Source: Octopus sinensis
Taxonomy: Eukaryota
Length of the DNA stretch: 64,000 bases
Assembly (NCBI RefSeq): GCF_006345805.1
Contig: NC_043003.1
Span: 58,776,001 to 58,840,000 of the forward strand
Direction of reading: 5' to 3'
The notes beneath the pieces are model-generated. The model was not told where the DNA came from and made no database searches. It worked only from the letters and a program-made list of their open reading frames with translations. This document shows positions 1 through 12,462 of this stretch, piece after piece (position 1 is the stretch's first letter; every line of letters begins with the position of its first letter). The translations under genes were made by a program, and so were the position numbers.

Positions 1-26
1 GCGTATATATGCAGATACATACACAC

Positions 27-100
<74 letters not shown>

Positions 101-145
101 GTCTGTCTATCTATACACACACAATATATATGTGTATGTATATAG

Positions 146-176
<31 letters not shown>

Positions 177-186
177 CATACATATA

Positions 187-229
<43 letters not shown>

Positions 230-260
230 ATACATACATATATATATATATAATATATAC

Positions 261-356
<96 letters not shown>

Positions 357-365
357 GCACACACA
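1..365. repeat. Compound microsatellite (TATC)n-(TA)n-(CA)n
   Basis: Directly visible; explains the IYLS/IYIY/HTHT pseudo-ORFs at 9-423. Confidence 0.97.
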
Positions 366-1126
366 TCTGTATATATCTTAATACATAAACGTAATCTAGT
401 CCTACAATTGCATACATATCCATTCTATTTAAATATCGGGATTTATTCCTGCGGACTTTGGGGGTTATGGAAGAAAACTCTTCTATAGTGGCAGACCCTT
501 AGTTTTGCAATTTATCCGATTCCGACAACAATTATTTCTCGTTATGAGGGCAAAAAGAAAATTAGTAAGGAACGTCGATCTAACAATCCTAAAAGGAAAG
601 GAATTAAGGTATAAAAATACTTAGGTTTCATTTGATTTTTTTTTTTAATAAACACGTAATAGAAGTTGAGAAGAAATAGTGGTCATTTCTTGGGTGGTGG
701 TATCGCTGCTAGTAATGGTAGTGGTGTTAGCGGTTGGGGGTGGTGAGGGAAGACAGTGATGTGTGTTAGTGATGGCGGCGGGTGGGTGTGGTTGTGATGG
801 TAGGCATCTCCATTTCTTTCCACTTCTGTTAAAAACCGCCTGAATGTTTGACGTATTTTCAATTGTGTTCGAATGTCCGGTCGTTGCCCCAAGATTCTTG
901 TGGAACTAACAAGATTACTTTTGACCACCCCCATCACCCAAAAATAGATTTTTATATTAATAGCTTCACGCAGTTGCCCCTGGTAGGGAAGTCATTTAAC
1001 ATCTGTAGAAAACTTCTTCTGCACGCATGACTCATCCATGAGGAGTTTGTTTCATGGTTAAATTATAGTGCAATTATTGCCCTGGTGTAATTTTAAGTAT
1101 AATAGAATTTTTATTAATAATTTACT

Positions 1127-1828
<702 letters not shown>

Positions 1829-3094
1829 TATGAACACACACACACACACACACACACACACGTATGTATGTATTTTAATGCTGCGCCTCTTTGTAGAACT
1901 TTTTCTCAGGAATAGATAAAATTAAAGCACCATTAATAATATATATTGATTAGTTTTGATTTGATATATCATAAATATATCAAAGGAGAGGGGGGAAGGA
2001 ATTTGTGATGTTCATGGTAGTCAGAAAAGCATTAGAGACGTAAACGAAATTATCTGCTTTTGGTTCAGACTATTGGAAACTTAACTGATATTACGCTTTA
2101 ATTTCTTTTTTATTTTATATTTTTTTGTTTTCAGCCGAGTCAGGGATCAGAGCAAAAGGATGGATAATACTAATGAAAATCTTGCAAGGACCATGGGAAG
2201 AGAAGAAGATCTATCGTATTCTCTTCAGACTGTGACCCTGGTTCGAACGCTTACAATAAAATCAACCCGCGCATTCAAGAGTGACAAATTAGGTCTACCA
2301 ACCAAAATGGTTAACTGACAGTTAAATCATCGTAGCATCAGGCTAAATTTGAAAGGATGTCTGTGACAGCATAATCTATAGAACACATCCTTTTGGTATT
2401 CATCTACTCGTCTCTAGGATGAAAACTACGTTAAACTCTTGCAGGATTTTAACTTACAGCATAGAATAACATTCACGTGATATATTAGATTCTTCTTCTT
2501 CTTCTTCTTCTTCTTCTTCTTCTATTGAGTAATCAATGGCCTTGAACTGTCCTTACTCAAATAAAGATGTCAACTCTTTTTGGTGTTCAAATGTTTTTAT
2601 TTTATTTTACCCGAAACACCAAGAACAAATACAAGGGCGGGATTTACTCTCAGAGTAAATAGCGCCAACTGTTTATGAATACCAACTTCAAATAACACTA
2701 CTTACTCCATCAACAATCAAAGTTTACCAGTTATTTCTTATACTAGTCATCAAAATCAGAGAAAGAAATTGTAAAATACATACTTCCCAGCTAGTCAGGC
2801 ATTTTACAATCTTTTGCTATCGTGACCCAATTTAGCAAATCAGTAATTACCTTGATCATTTTTCTTTTTTTTTTTTTTGGAGTGTACCACTTAGCATTGT
2901 ATATTTATTTTCGGAATTATTAATGAATTTTTCTTTACTATAAATGTTGCAATAATTTATTATATAACATACTCGTGAATGTATTCTTTCGTTTTTTTTT
3001 TAACCCTAAGATCACAAGGCAGGATACCTGTTTTCCTGATGTGTAAGTGATCGAGATCCCAACGTTCCCTGGCACTGGACACTCGTCTGTTGCA

Positions 3095-3310
3095 GGGTTG
3101 AAGGCCAGTAATTTTGAGGAGAACAGACAAATCAATTATATCGATCACAGTAACTTGACTGGTATTTTATTTCTTGGACGCGAAAAGGGATGAAAGGAAA
3201 GGCAAAGTTGACCTCGGCGGGATTTGAACTCAGAACGTAAAAAGCCGGAAGAAATATAGCTAATCATTTCATCCGACGTGCAAATAATTTTGCCAGCTCG
3301 TCACTTTTAA
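3095..3310 (-). mobile_element. SINE family B2 copy
   Basis: Reverse complement of the recurrent GGCGAGCTGGCAGAA...GAGTTCAAATTCCGCCGAGGTCGAC...CTGGGGTCGAT unit. Confidence 0.8.
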
Positions 3311-3862
3311 GAGCATGGTACATTTTACTAGAATTTTCGGAAGTAAATGTTTGTCTTCATGAGCTTTTTAGAATTATATATTGATCACACTCTGGTATGG
3401 ATTAGTTTTTGCTAAGCACAGACCAATACCAATTAAATCAGATTCCGAATTTTATAGTATCTCCATAAACAGTTTGAATTGTACGGGTGTCATAGAACTC
3501 TGGCAGAAAGCTTGGCCAGGATTTGAACATTTTACTACGAACTAATGTATTATCCATCAGTTTTAAAGCACTGCAACTAATGATGCTCTGTTGTTCCTAC
3601 GGAATACCTCTTTACTGTTATGCAGACGAGATCACTGACACATTGATAAGATATCAACCCGCCAATATTTTTACTGAATGTGTTGTATTTTATCAGCTCC
3701 GTAATCCAAGATATCCTACATGTAATTAAAGTCTTTAGAGATGCTCTATTTTTATAGGATTCATCGCCATCTCATAGATAAGAGGTTGCCTCATGTATAA
3801 CTTTAAATAGCGTTACGCTAGTTTGATTATTTGAATCACTTTTATTAATATTTCGTTATATA

Positions 3863-4531
3863 AAGGCGACGAACTGGTAGAATCGTTAACACGCCGAGTA
3901 AAATGCTTAGCTGCATTTCGTCCGTCTTTATGTTCTGAGTTCAAATTCCGCCGAGGTCCACTTTGCCCGTCATTCTTTCGGGGTCGATAAAATAAATACC
4001 AGTTAAATAGGCGCAGGAGTGGCTGTGTGGTAAGTAGCTTGCTTACCAACCACATGGTTCCGGGTTCAGTCCCACTGCGTGGCATCTTGGGCAAGTGTCT
4101 TCTGCTATTGCCTTGGGCCGACCAATGCCTTGTGAGTGGATTTGGTAGACGGAAACTGAAAGAAGCCTGTCGTATATATGTATATATATATGTATATATA
4201 TATGTATATATATATGTATGTGTATGTGTGTGTATGTGTTTGTGTGTCTGTGTTTGTCCCCCTAGCATTGCTTGACAACCGATGCTGGTGTGTTTATGTC
4301 CCCGTCACTTAGCGGTTCGGCAAAATAGACCGATAGAATAAGTACTAGGCTTACAAAGAATAAGTCCCGGGGTCGATTTGCTCGACTAAAGGCGGTGCTC
4401 CAGCATGGCCGCAGTCAAATGACTGAAACAAGTAAAAGAAAAGAAAAAGAAAGAAAATACTGGGTTAATGCAATCGAATCTCTCCCCTCACCCGGAATGT
4501 CTAGTCTTCGGCCAAAATTTAAAATCAGTAT
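3863..4531 (+). mobile_element. SINE B2 copy interrupted by a nested SINE A
   Basis: B sequence stops at ACCAGTTAAAT (4009) and resumes as AATACTGGG near 4456. Confidence 0.8.
4010..4455 (+). mobile_element. SINE family A, full length, nested in SINE B2
   Basis: Full head-core-microsatellite-tail match to the 1374-1828 copy; AAATA at both junctions. Confidence 0.9.
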
Positions 4532-4930
4532 TTCATTATATAAAGAAGTAACTATTATGTGCTTTCTAACACGTAGGTTTTAACTTACGTAATTTTAAAC
4601 TGTATAAATGAATAACCTTAAGAACATGTCAAGTGTGTCTATCAGTCTGAAGTCAAAATTGCACACTATAATTAGAATGGTTCAGCATAATAACTCGCTA
4701 TGTCACAGACATGAAGCTGACATTTCTATCGACAATTCTTTTTGTTAATTTATACGCAATTTCACATGCCAGTTCCAGATTTTAAAGATTTATTCAATTC
4801 ATGTTAATTGCATGTAGATGCACTAACATTTACTGAATCGCCTGTAGAATTGACAACGTTTTGTATCCAGTTACTATTTCTGCCTTGTATTTATGGCTGA
4901 GATACTTCAGATTCCATATTCTTTGGTACA

Positions 4931-5365
4931 AACCACATGGTTCCAGGTTTAGTTCCACTGAGTAGCATCTTGGGCAAGTGTCTTCTACTATGGCTTCAGG
5001 CCGCCTAAAGCCTTGTGAGTGGATTTGGCAGACGGAAACTGAAAGAAGCCCGTCATATATATATACTCCTTTACTTGTTTCATTTATGCGGCTGCGGTAT
5101 ACATACATACATACATACATACATACATACATACATACATACATACGTGTGTGTGTGTGTCTATGTTTGTCCTCCCACCATCGCTTGACAACCGGTGTTG
5201 GTGTGTTTACGTCCGCGTAACTTAGCGGTTCGGCAAAAGAGAACAGTAGAATAAGTACTAGGCTTACAAAGAATAAGTCCTGGGGTCAATTTCTTTGACT
5301 TAAAAACCTTTTAAGGTGGTGCTCCAGCGTGGCCGCAATCAAATCACTGAAACAAGAAAAAGAAT
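4931..5365 (+). mobile_element. SINE family A, 5'-truncated
   Basis: Begins at AACCACATGGTTCC; internal (TACA)n(TG)n; tail GAAACAAGAAAAAGAA. Confidence 0.85.
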
Positions 5366-6039
5366 TAAAAAATCCATCATTTTTTTATATACGATTATTA
5401 TAAGTAGTTATAACTCACCGAAGTCGTGGGGGGCCATGTTGATTCTTAGTGCTTTTATAGGATTACAACAGAATTACTGAGATTAATACTATCCCCACTA
5501 CTGCCAATCCGAAATAAAAATTCTTTGAAGAAATTTGATTAATTGAAGGCATTTAATATTACTCTGGTTCATTTGGTATTTCATTTCAGGTATTTGGTTA
5601 TATTTCATTAAATCAGTTTATTTTTTGGAAGCAGATAAATAAATGGTTGAATTTATTTATCGTTTGTAACTTCGGTGGAGAAGGAAAATAATTACAATTA
5701 TTTACGAATTTATGGTTAGCATTTATTGACGGCTTCAAATCCACGTTTGAATTCAGATCAGTACACGTAACCTCGTTTATCACTGATTCATTCTTCACTG
5801 ATCCAATATAACACGGTTTGCTCAATTGTTAATCGTATTACGCTTGTCACACACTGACCTGTGATGACACAGTCTAGCGATCTGTTGAAGGTTCTGTTTG
5901 TATCGCAAAAACATACCCAAACATCCACCCCACCAATGCTCAGCTACCCAGAATGTATTGACTACCGTTTATGTTTACATGACCGTGCTGCATGTTTGTA
6001 TTTTTTATACGGATTTACATAATTGTACCCATCAACGCG

Positions 6040-6660
6040 AGACCAGTGAACAGAAAAATACGAAGGCATCTGATCCAAACAGACGATGGAGACGAGTGTA
6101 CTCTTTAGAGGAAAAGGTAGAAATGATCAAGAAAATACGTGACGATGTATCGCGAGTTTGATGTCAATGAATCTACCATTCATTCCATTTTAGGGCGACG
6201 AGCTGGCAGAAACGTTAGCATGCCGGGCGAAATGCTTAGCGGTATTTCGTTTGCCGTTACGTTGTGAGTTCAAATTCCGCCAAGGTCGACTTTGCCTTTC
6301 ATCCTTTCGGGGTCGATAAATTAAGTACCAGTTACGCACTGGGGTCGATGTAATCGACTTAATACCTGTCTGTCCTTGTTTGTCCCCTCTATGTTTAGAC
6401 CCTTGTGGGTAATAAAGAAATAGGTATTTCATCTGTCGCTACGTTCTGAGTTCAAATTCCGCCGATGTCGACTATGCCTTTCATCCTTTCGGGGTCGATA
6501 AATTAAGTACCAGTTACGCACTGGGGTCGATGTAATCGACTTAATCCCTTTGTCTGTACTTGTTTGTCCCCCTCTATGTTTAGCCCTTTGTTGGCAATAA
6601 AGAAATAAGAATCTACCATTCATTCTATTTACTAACAACATGGAAATGATTCCTTTAACC
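6040..6660 (+). pseudogene. pogo/Tigger-like transposase N-terminal HTH remnant, interrupted by SINE B1
   Basis: Translation RRVYSLEEKVEMIKKIRDDVS then, after a frameshift, EFDVNESTIHSI; resembles the CENP-B/Tigger first HTH. Confidence 0.65.
6191..6608 (+). mobile_element. SINE B1: one head plus two tandem body-tail units, bracketed by a 22-bp TSD
   Basis: GAATCTACCATTCATTC(C/T)ATTT at 6169-6190 and 6609-6630; units 6241-6422 and 6423-6607. Confidence 0.9.
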
Positions 6661-7015
6661 CATTCATTTATCACTGTGTTGTTCTGGAACCAAACTCCTG
6701 TGATAAATGGCGATAGATGTATTTTACGTTACAGTTGCATGCTTCCCAATAGATTTCATAATTAGTAAAATCAGCGGGAGTTCAATACCCTCCTTAATAT
6801 GAAATGAATTTCTTATATTAAGTGATTCTGATCAGCCGGAAGCAGCATGCCTTTTTTTTTATATATCGGAAATAACACTGAACTATATACCCACCTTTTT
6901 AAAGACGGTAGGGTGTTACTTGGTGGAGATTTGCCTGCTATTTCTAACCGGTCGAGCGCTATGTAGAAGTTCTGTTCTTAACCCGTCTATTCACGTGTTT
7001 ATGCAGCTTGTAGTG

Positions 7016-7350
7016 AAGGCGCATGGCTCAGTGGTTAGAGCGTCGAGCTTACGATCGTGAGGTCGTGAGTTCGATTTCCGGACCGGGCTGCGTGTTGTGT
7101 TATTGAGCAAGACACTTTATTTAACGTTGCTCCAGTTCACTCAGCTGTAGAAATGAGTTGCGACATCACTGGTGCTAAGCTGTACCGGCCTTTGCCTTTC
7201 CCTTGGATAACATCAGTAGTGTGGAGGGGGAGGCTGGTATGTATGGGCGACTGCTGGCTTTTCATAAAAACCTTGCCCGGACTTGTGCCTCGGAGGGTAA
7301 CTTTCTAGGTGCAATCCCATGGTCATTTATGACTGAAGGGGGTCTCCTCA
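7016..7350 (+). mobile_element. SINE family C (tRNA-derived head plus TTGAGCAAGACACTT...GCTCCAGTTCACTCAGCTG core)
   Basis: tRNA-like A/B boxes followed by a core shared with 29320-29570, 31295-31505, 44868-45112 and 46652-46900. Confidence 0.85.
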
Positions 7351-7419
7351 TGCAGTTTGTATTTATTTTTGTAATTCTAGTGAGTGAAAAAATATTGAAC
7401 TCAGAATTAATATTAAAGA

Positions 7420-7567
7420 GTGGAACAAAATCTTCTTCATCGAACCCCGAAAGGATGAAAAGCAAAGTCGACCGTGGCGAAATTTGAACTCAGAACGCTA
7501 AATTGGGAGAAATGCTGTGAAGCGTTTTCCCCCGACGCACTAACAATTTTATCTGCTCAGCATCCTA
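7420..7567 (-). mobile_element. SINE B, degraded
   Basis: CCCCGAAAGGATGAAAAGCAAAGTCGACC...TTTGAACTCAGAACG is the reverse complement of the B core. Confidence 0.75.
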
Positions 7568-7769
7568 AGTTTAAAGAATATTACGTTAAATGGAAGTACT
7601 CTCTTTCTTTCTTTCCTTCTTTCCTTCCTTCCTTCTTTCTTTTATGAAATCTGAACTTGTTTCAGTCTTTGGACTGCGGCCACGCCGGGGCATCTCAATC
7701 ATGAGGTGTTAGTTTATTATACCAACTTCAGTACTTTATCTGATACTCATTTCATCAACAGCTGTTCAG

Positions 7770-7771
7770 AA

Positions 7772-7843
<72 letters not shown>

Positions 7844-7862
7844 GTCTATCTATCTGTCTGTA

Positions 7863-7951
<89 letters not shown>

Positions 7952-7965
7952 GCCTGTCTGTCCGT
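7770..7965. repeat. (TATC)n/(TGTC)n microsatellite
   Basis: Directly visible. Confidence 0.95.
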
Positions 7966-8049
7966 TCGTCCGTCTGTCTTCATCTAAAAAACGAGTTATA
8001 AAAAAAAACTGGCACTCATATATGAGTTAATAGAATGGGCATATTATTA

Positions 8050-8274
8050 CAATAATTCCTCTCCATATCGCGGTTCACTTATCGCGGTTTATTATTTAAG
8101 CTTATGTCGATTCCTTCGTGTTGTTTTGCATTTATAATAAAATAAATATATACAAATTATAAAAATAATAAAAAAAAAATATACAGGACAGTACTGTTTC
8201 TACTTCGCGATTTTCACCTATCGCGGGGGAGGGGTTTCTGGAACGTAACATCCGCGGTAGTCGAGGGATTACTG
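8050..8274. mobile_element. pogo/Tigger-type MITE (second copy at 47596-47821 in opposite orientation)
   Basis: TA-flanked TIRs CA(G/A)TAAT(C/T)CCTC...TATCGCGG; AT-rich interior matches the reverse complement of 47596-47821. Confidence 0.8.
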
Positions 8275-11257
8275 TATTAATAAAATACAATATTATATTT
8301 TCACATCAGCTAACCACAGCAGTTGAAGTAACCCCGGCAATCAGGCCTGAGTCTGAAACAGAGACAACTAGTTAACATTGACATTACTAGTTGTCCACTA
8401 TCCTGACAACTAGGATATCTGTAAATTATTTAAAAAAGGTTTCGTAATATCAATACCCGACTTGGGCGTAAGACTTGAAATTTCTGGCGGAAGGAAATAA
8501 AATTACGTTATTGTGCAGTATTCATGTCAGAGCCTAGTTACGTATGTGAAGTGAGTCGACTTCAACCGAAAATCGAAACTAGTACGCAGGGATTTGGAAG
8601 CTTAGTAATTTACCTTTACCTCTGTAGCAATTGTCACAGAGTATTTTAATACTATTCAAAGCAGGATTTCTAAACCAAATTTACAATTATGACTGATTTG
8701 TTGGCAATTAGTTGTACTCACAAATATTCCACGGAATTAAACCAAAATCTAATTTGATTGACGTTATCTGAATGATAATAAGAACGAAAACATCGGTAAC
8801 AGTAATAGCAATAGTGGTAGTGGTAGTAACCATCGTAATAATAATGCTGTTTTACTGGTTAACGTAATTAGAATAATAGATTAATAGCTATCTAGTTAAT
8901 CGACGGTTTGGAAGGAAGAGCTAGTGACAAAGGATTTTGTTTTACGAGTTGGTGAATAGATATTGACAAAGCATTTACTAGTTATACCAATAAGAAATTA
9001 AAACAATAGGAGAGAAATATATATATATATATATATATTTATTGATAGACAGATAGTTGGGTACAGATATATATGTATATAGTTAGATAGATATAGAAGG
9101 GGAGGCGGGGTGAGAAATCAAAATTGCAAATAAAGTAATGTGTATACCTTTAAGCTTCGCTGGTGTTTGCAAATCTTTATTAATGTCGGTTGGGTGAACA
9201 GGATACGCCAGCAGCCGATACAAGTTTGTCAAAGCTGACTGATAACTAGAAGAAGCATTACACAAACGATGTTTCTAACACATGACTGCAGATTGAGAAG
9301 AAGCTAATCAGTGGGTTCGTTTTCTCCCAGTTTTTGCGTTCAGGGAACGTCTCTTGTGAAAGAAAGTAGAAATTATGCGATTCCCGTAGACTGGAAGGCA
9401 TAGGGTCTTGTCTCGATGTCTGAAAATAAAGAAAGCGTGTGAGAAAAAGAAAGAAAGATAATATATAAAGAGAGAGAGATATAAGGGAAGAAAAAGGAAT
9501 GAACATGGATGGGTAAGGAGATAGGAAATGGGGAACTTGTTTGGTGAATTCTTTCCCGAGTGGCTGGTGAATATATCGTGAAAGTGCAAGCCTAAAGGAC
9601 ACGTTTTTGTGATTTCGATTCTTTATCTGGCTTTTCTATAGAAAGTAATTATGGAAGATGTCGGCCAAGAGGAAGAAATGAAAACCAGCATTATGTATTG
9701 GAATGGAACTAGCAATAAATAAGATGTATCTAGAAGAGAAGACCCATTTCAGATATAGATTTCATTCAATGAGTTCTTGGTGCTGAATAAATATGAAGAA
9801 AAAATCGTTTAATATTAAAAATATTTTTAAAATGCTATTAATATTTCCGAAGAAAATTTTTTATGAATAAATTTACAACTTTGACAGAATTATCATCGAT
9901 ATTAGTCATTTTGAAAATTTTGATAAAAATGATTTTACAGATACTAAGATAATTTATATAAAAAGTAACAAAAACAAACAAACAAATAAAAAGTAGAAGA
10001 ATGGATATACAAAATGGATTTGGGCAATATGAATTTGATAATAAAAGAAATGCAATTTGTTTTAATATTTAAAGTGTATGACAAGATTTTCTTCTTTTCT
10101 TGACAATGGATTAGGAAGGGGACTATTTTTGTGGAATCCAGCTTACAAGATTTTACATGTTCCTTCCCGCTCCCTCTTAGCTTTGCCCATTGGCTTCTTC
10201 ATACGAACAAGTTAGCCTCATTGTCACTGCAATGTTGTTTTCCTAATTGCTAACACCATTAAGCTTACAATGCTCTCTTCTCTTCGATCCACCTTCCTAC
10301 CTTAAAGCAACCCAAACTGCTTTTTCTTGAGCTCGGTTCTTGCTTAATTTCAGCGGACCGGCGATGAAACCCCGATTACTGAGTTGCTAATTAATAAAAA
10401 CGAATTTATATCTCAGTCATGATAGAATGATGATGTTGGCTGGCGGACATATTGAATGATTCCATTAAATCAGTATATAGATCATCTTGCCAACAGTATA
10501 GTTGTCATTGGCTTTACTCATTCCAATTATCTCCAACGTGAGACATCAACGAAGGTTATTTTCCTCGCAGAAGTGAAAAGGATACATATGGAACTGTTGA
10601 GAAATTTTGGAAAAAATTAAAGGAAACAAAGAATTATTTACAAGCAGCAAATATGAAACTTATACCTTGTATAAGGTTATAAACTAATTAGAAAAAATAG
10701 GTGAAGAAGATGAACGTCAACATCACATCATTCATTGCCAAAGGTCATCGATATAATTTATTAGTAACAAGACATATTTTCTCGTTCCTTTTAAAAGGCG
10801 TGCAAACATATCTTAGTAAACTCGAGCTGAAGATATCCTGTACATTTTCCTTCGGCAAAGTTTTATAAGGATGTCACTGACTCAACGTTACTGAACTTAA
10901 ATGATATATTAAATTTGCAGTTAAATATCTGGCTTGCTTTAGGTTTATTTTAATCTATTTTTTTTTGTTTCTTTTCATATAAATGAAATCAAGATCGATG
11001 AAATTAAGGCGGATGATCTTTGCATTAATTATTTAGCGTTGGAAATTTGCTCGTTTTAGTTATGGCAATAACAATTTTTTTACTTAGCCATAAAATAATA
11101 TACATACAGTTAGAAGTAATAGAAATACAGAAAGTGTGACGATTTTTATGCCATTCTGAAAAATTTGAATAGTGTAAATGAATTAGCTTTAAATGAACTG
11201 AAACCAGACACGAACACAAGACAACAGAAAGTTGTCTATTATTATACAATGCAGCGA

Positions 11258-11650
11258 AGGCGGCGAGCTAGTAGAATCGTTAGCACACGGGGCAAAGTTC
11301 TTAGCGGCATTTCACTTGTCGCTACGCTCTGAGTTCAAATTCCGCCGAGGTCGACTTTGCTTTTCATCCTTTCGGGGTCGATAAATTAAGTACCAGTTAC
11401 GTACTGGGATCGATATATTAGAATGAACATCAAGGCGGCGAGCTAGCAGAGTCGTTAGCACGCTGGGCAAAATGCTTAGCGGCATATCGTCCATCTTTAC
11501 GTTCAGAGTTTAAATTCCGTCTGGTTCCATTTTGTCTTTCATCCTTTCAGGGTCGATAAAATAAGTACCTATTGAGCACCGAGGTCGATGTAATCGACTT
11601 ACCCCCCACACCTTAATTGCTGGCATGGTGCAAAAAAAAATTGAAACCGA
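11258..11650 (+). mobile_element. Two SINE B2 copies; the second has a 16-bp TSD
   Basis: TATTAGAATGAACATC at 11416-11431 and 11651-11666. Confidence 0.85.
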
Positions 11651-11854
11651 TATTAGAATGAACATCTAAACGATAGAGAAAATTGTACCACCTAATCTTC
11701 CGTTTTCTTTTATTTTGCATTTATAAATAATGGATTTGTTCTTTATATAATATACGTCACATTTGGATCGACCGTTATTCAATGGTTCAATGTAACAAGG
11801 ACTAATACGCTAAAACATATCTTGTTAAAGAATCGGCAGGTTATGCACTCACTA

Positions 11855-12268
11855 ATACTCTTTTACTTGCTTCAGTTATTTGGCTGTGGCCATGCTGGAG
11901 CACCACCTTTAGTTGAGCAAATCGACCGCAGGACTTATTCTTTGTAAGCCTCGTACTTATTCTATCGGTCTCTTTGCCGAACCGCTAAATTAAGGGGACG
12001 TAAACACACTAGCATCAGTTGTCAAGCGATGGTGGGGGAAAACACAGACACACAAACATATACACACACATACATATATATATGTGTGTGTATGTGCATA
12101 GATATATACGATGGGCTTCTTTCAAAATCCGTCTACCAAATTCACTCACAAGGCTTTGGTCGGCCCGACGCTATAGTAGAATACACTTGCCCAAGGTGCC
12201 ACGAAGTGGGACTGAACCTGGAACTATGTGGTTGGAAAGCAAGCTACTTACCACACAGCCACTCCTAA
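11855..12268 (-). mobile_element. SINE family A, full length
   Basis: Reverse complement of the family A sequence from head to tail. Confidence 0.9.
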
Positions 12269-12289
12269 GCCTATAAATAATATTAAGTA

Positions 12290-12462
12290 TTTTTTCTAAC
12301 ATTAAGAATTTTTTCAAAGATTGTTGGAGGATGGTTGGAATAGAACGTCGAGTACTATGCATTGTCGTTAATTATACAGGCAGTATTTAGCAATACCCAA
12401 ATCTCAAGTTTTATTTAGGGAATTGAAAATGCTTAGGTATGTATCAACTGTAATCATTAAGT
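12290..12462 (-). pseudogene. Degraded Penelope-like RT fragment
   Basis: Frameshifted translation LMITVDTYLSIFNSL...NDNA*YSTFYSNHPPTIFEKI resembles PLE RT ITxExNxKxVNFLDVT...SNHPP and the PLE at 33069-33371. Confidence 0.5.

Noticed and set aside
9-423. Long ORFs of IYLS, IYIY, HTHT, VCMY type here and throughout the ORF track
   Set aside because: They are translations of (TATC)n, (TA)n, (CA)n and (TATG)n microsatellites, which lack stops in some frames
7016-7090. tRNA gene-like sequence (also 46652, 29500-29570 and heads of families A and B)
   Set aside because: No clean cloverleaf or acceptor stem, and each continues into a repeated SINE core and tail; these are SINE heads
10483-10492. 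CATCTTGCCA, complementary to the miR-31 family 5' end, here and at 14683-14692
   Set aside because: The 8-mer also occurs in a dead RTE fragment near 19652, transcript strand is unknown, and short matches are expected by chance
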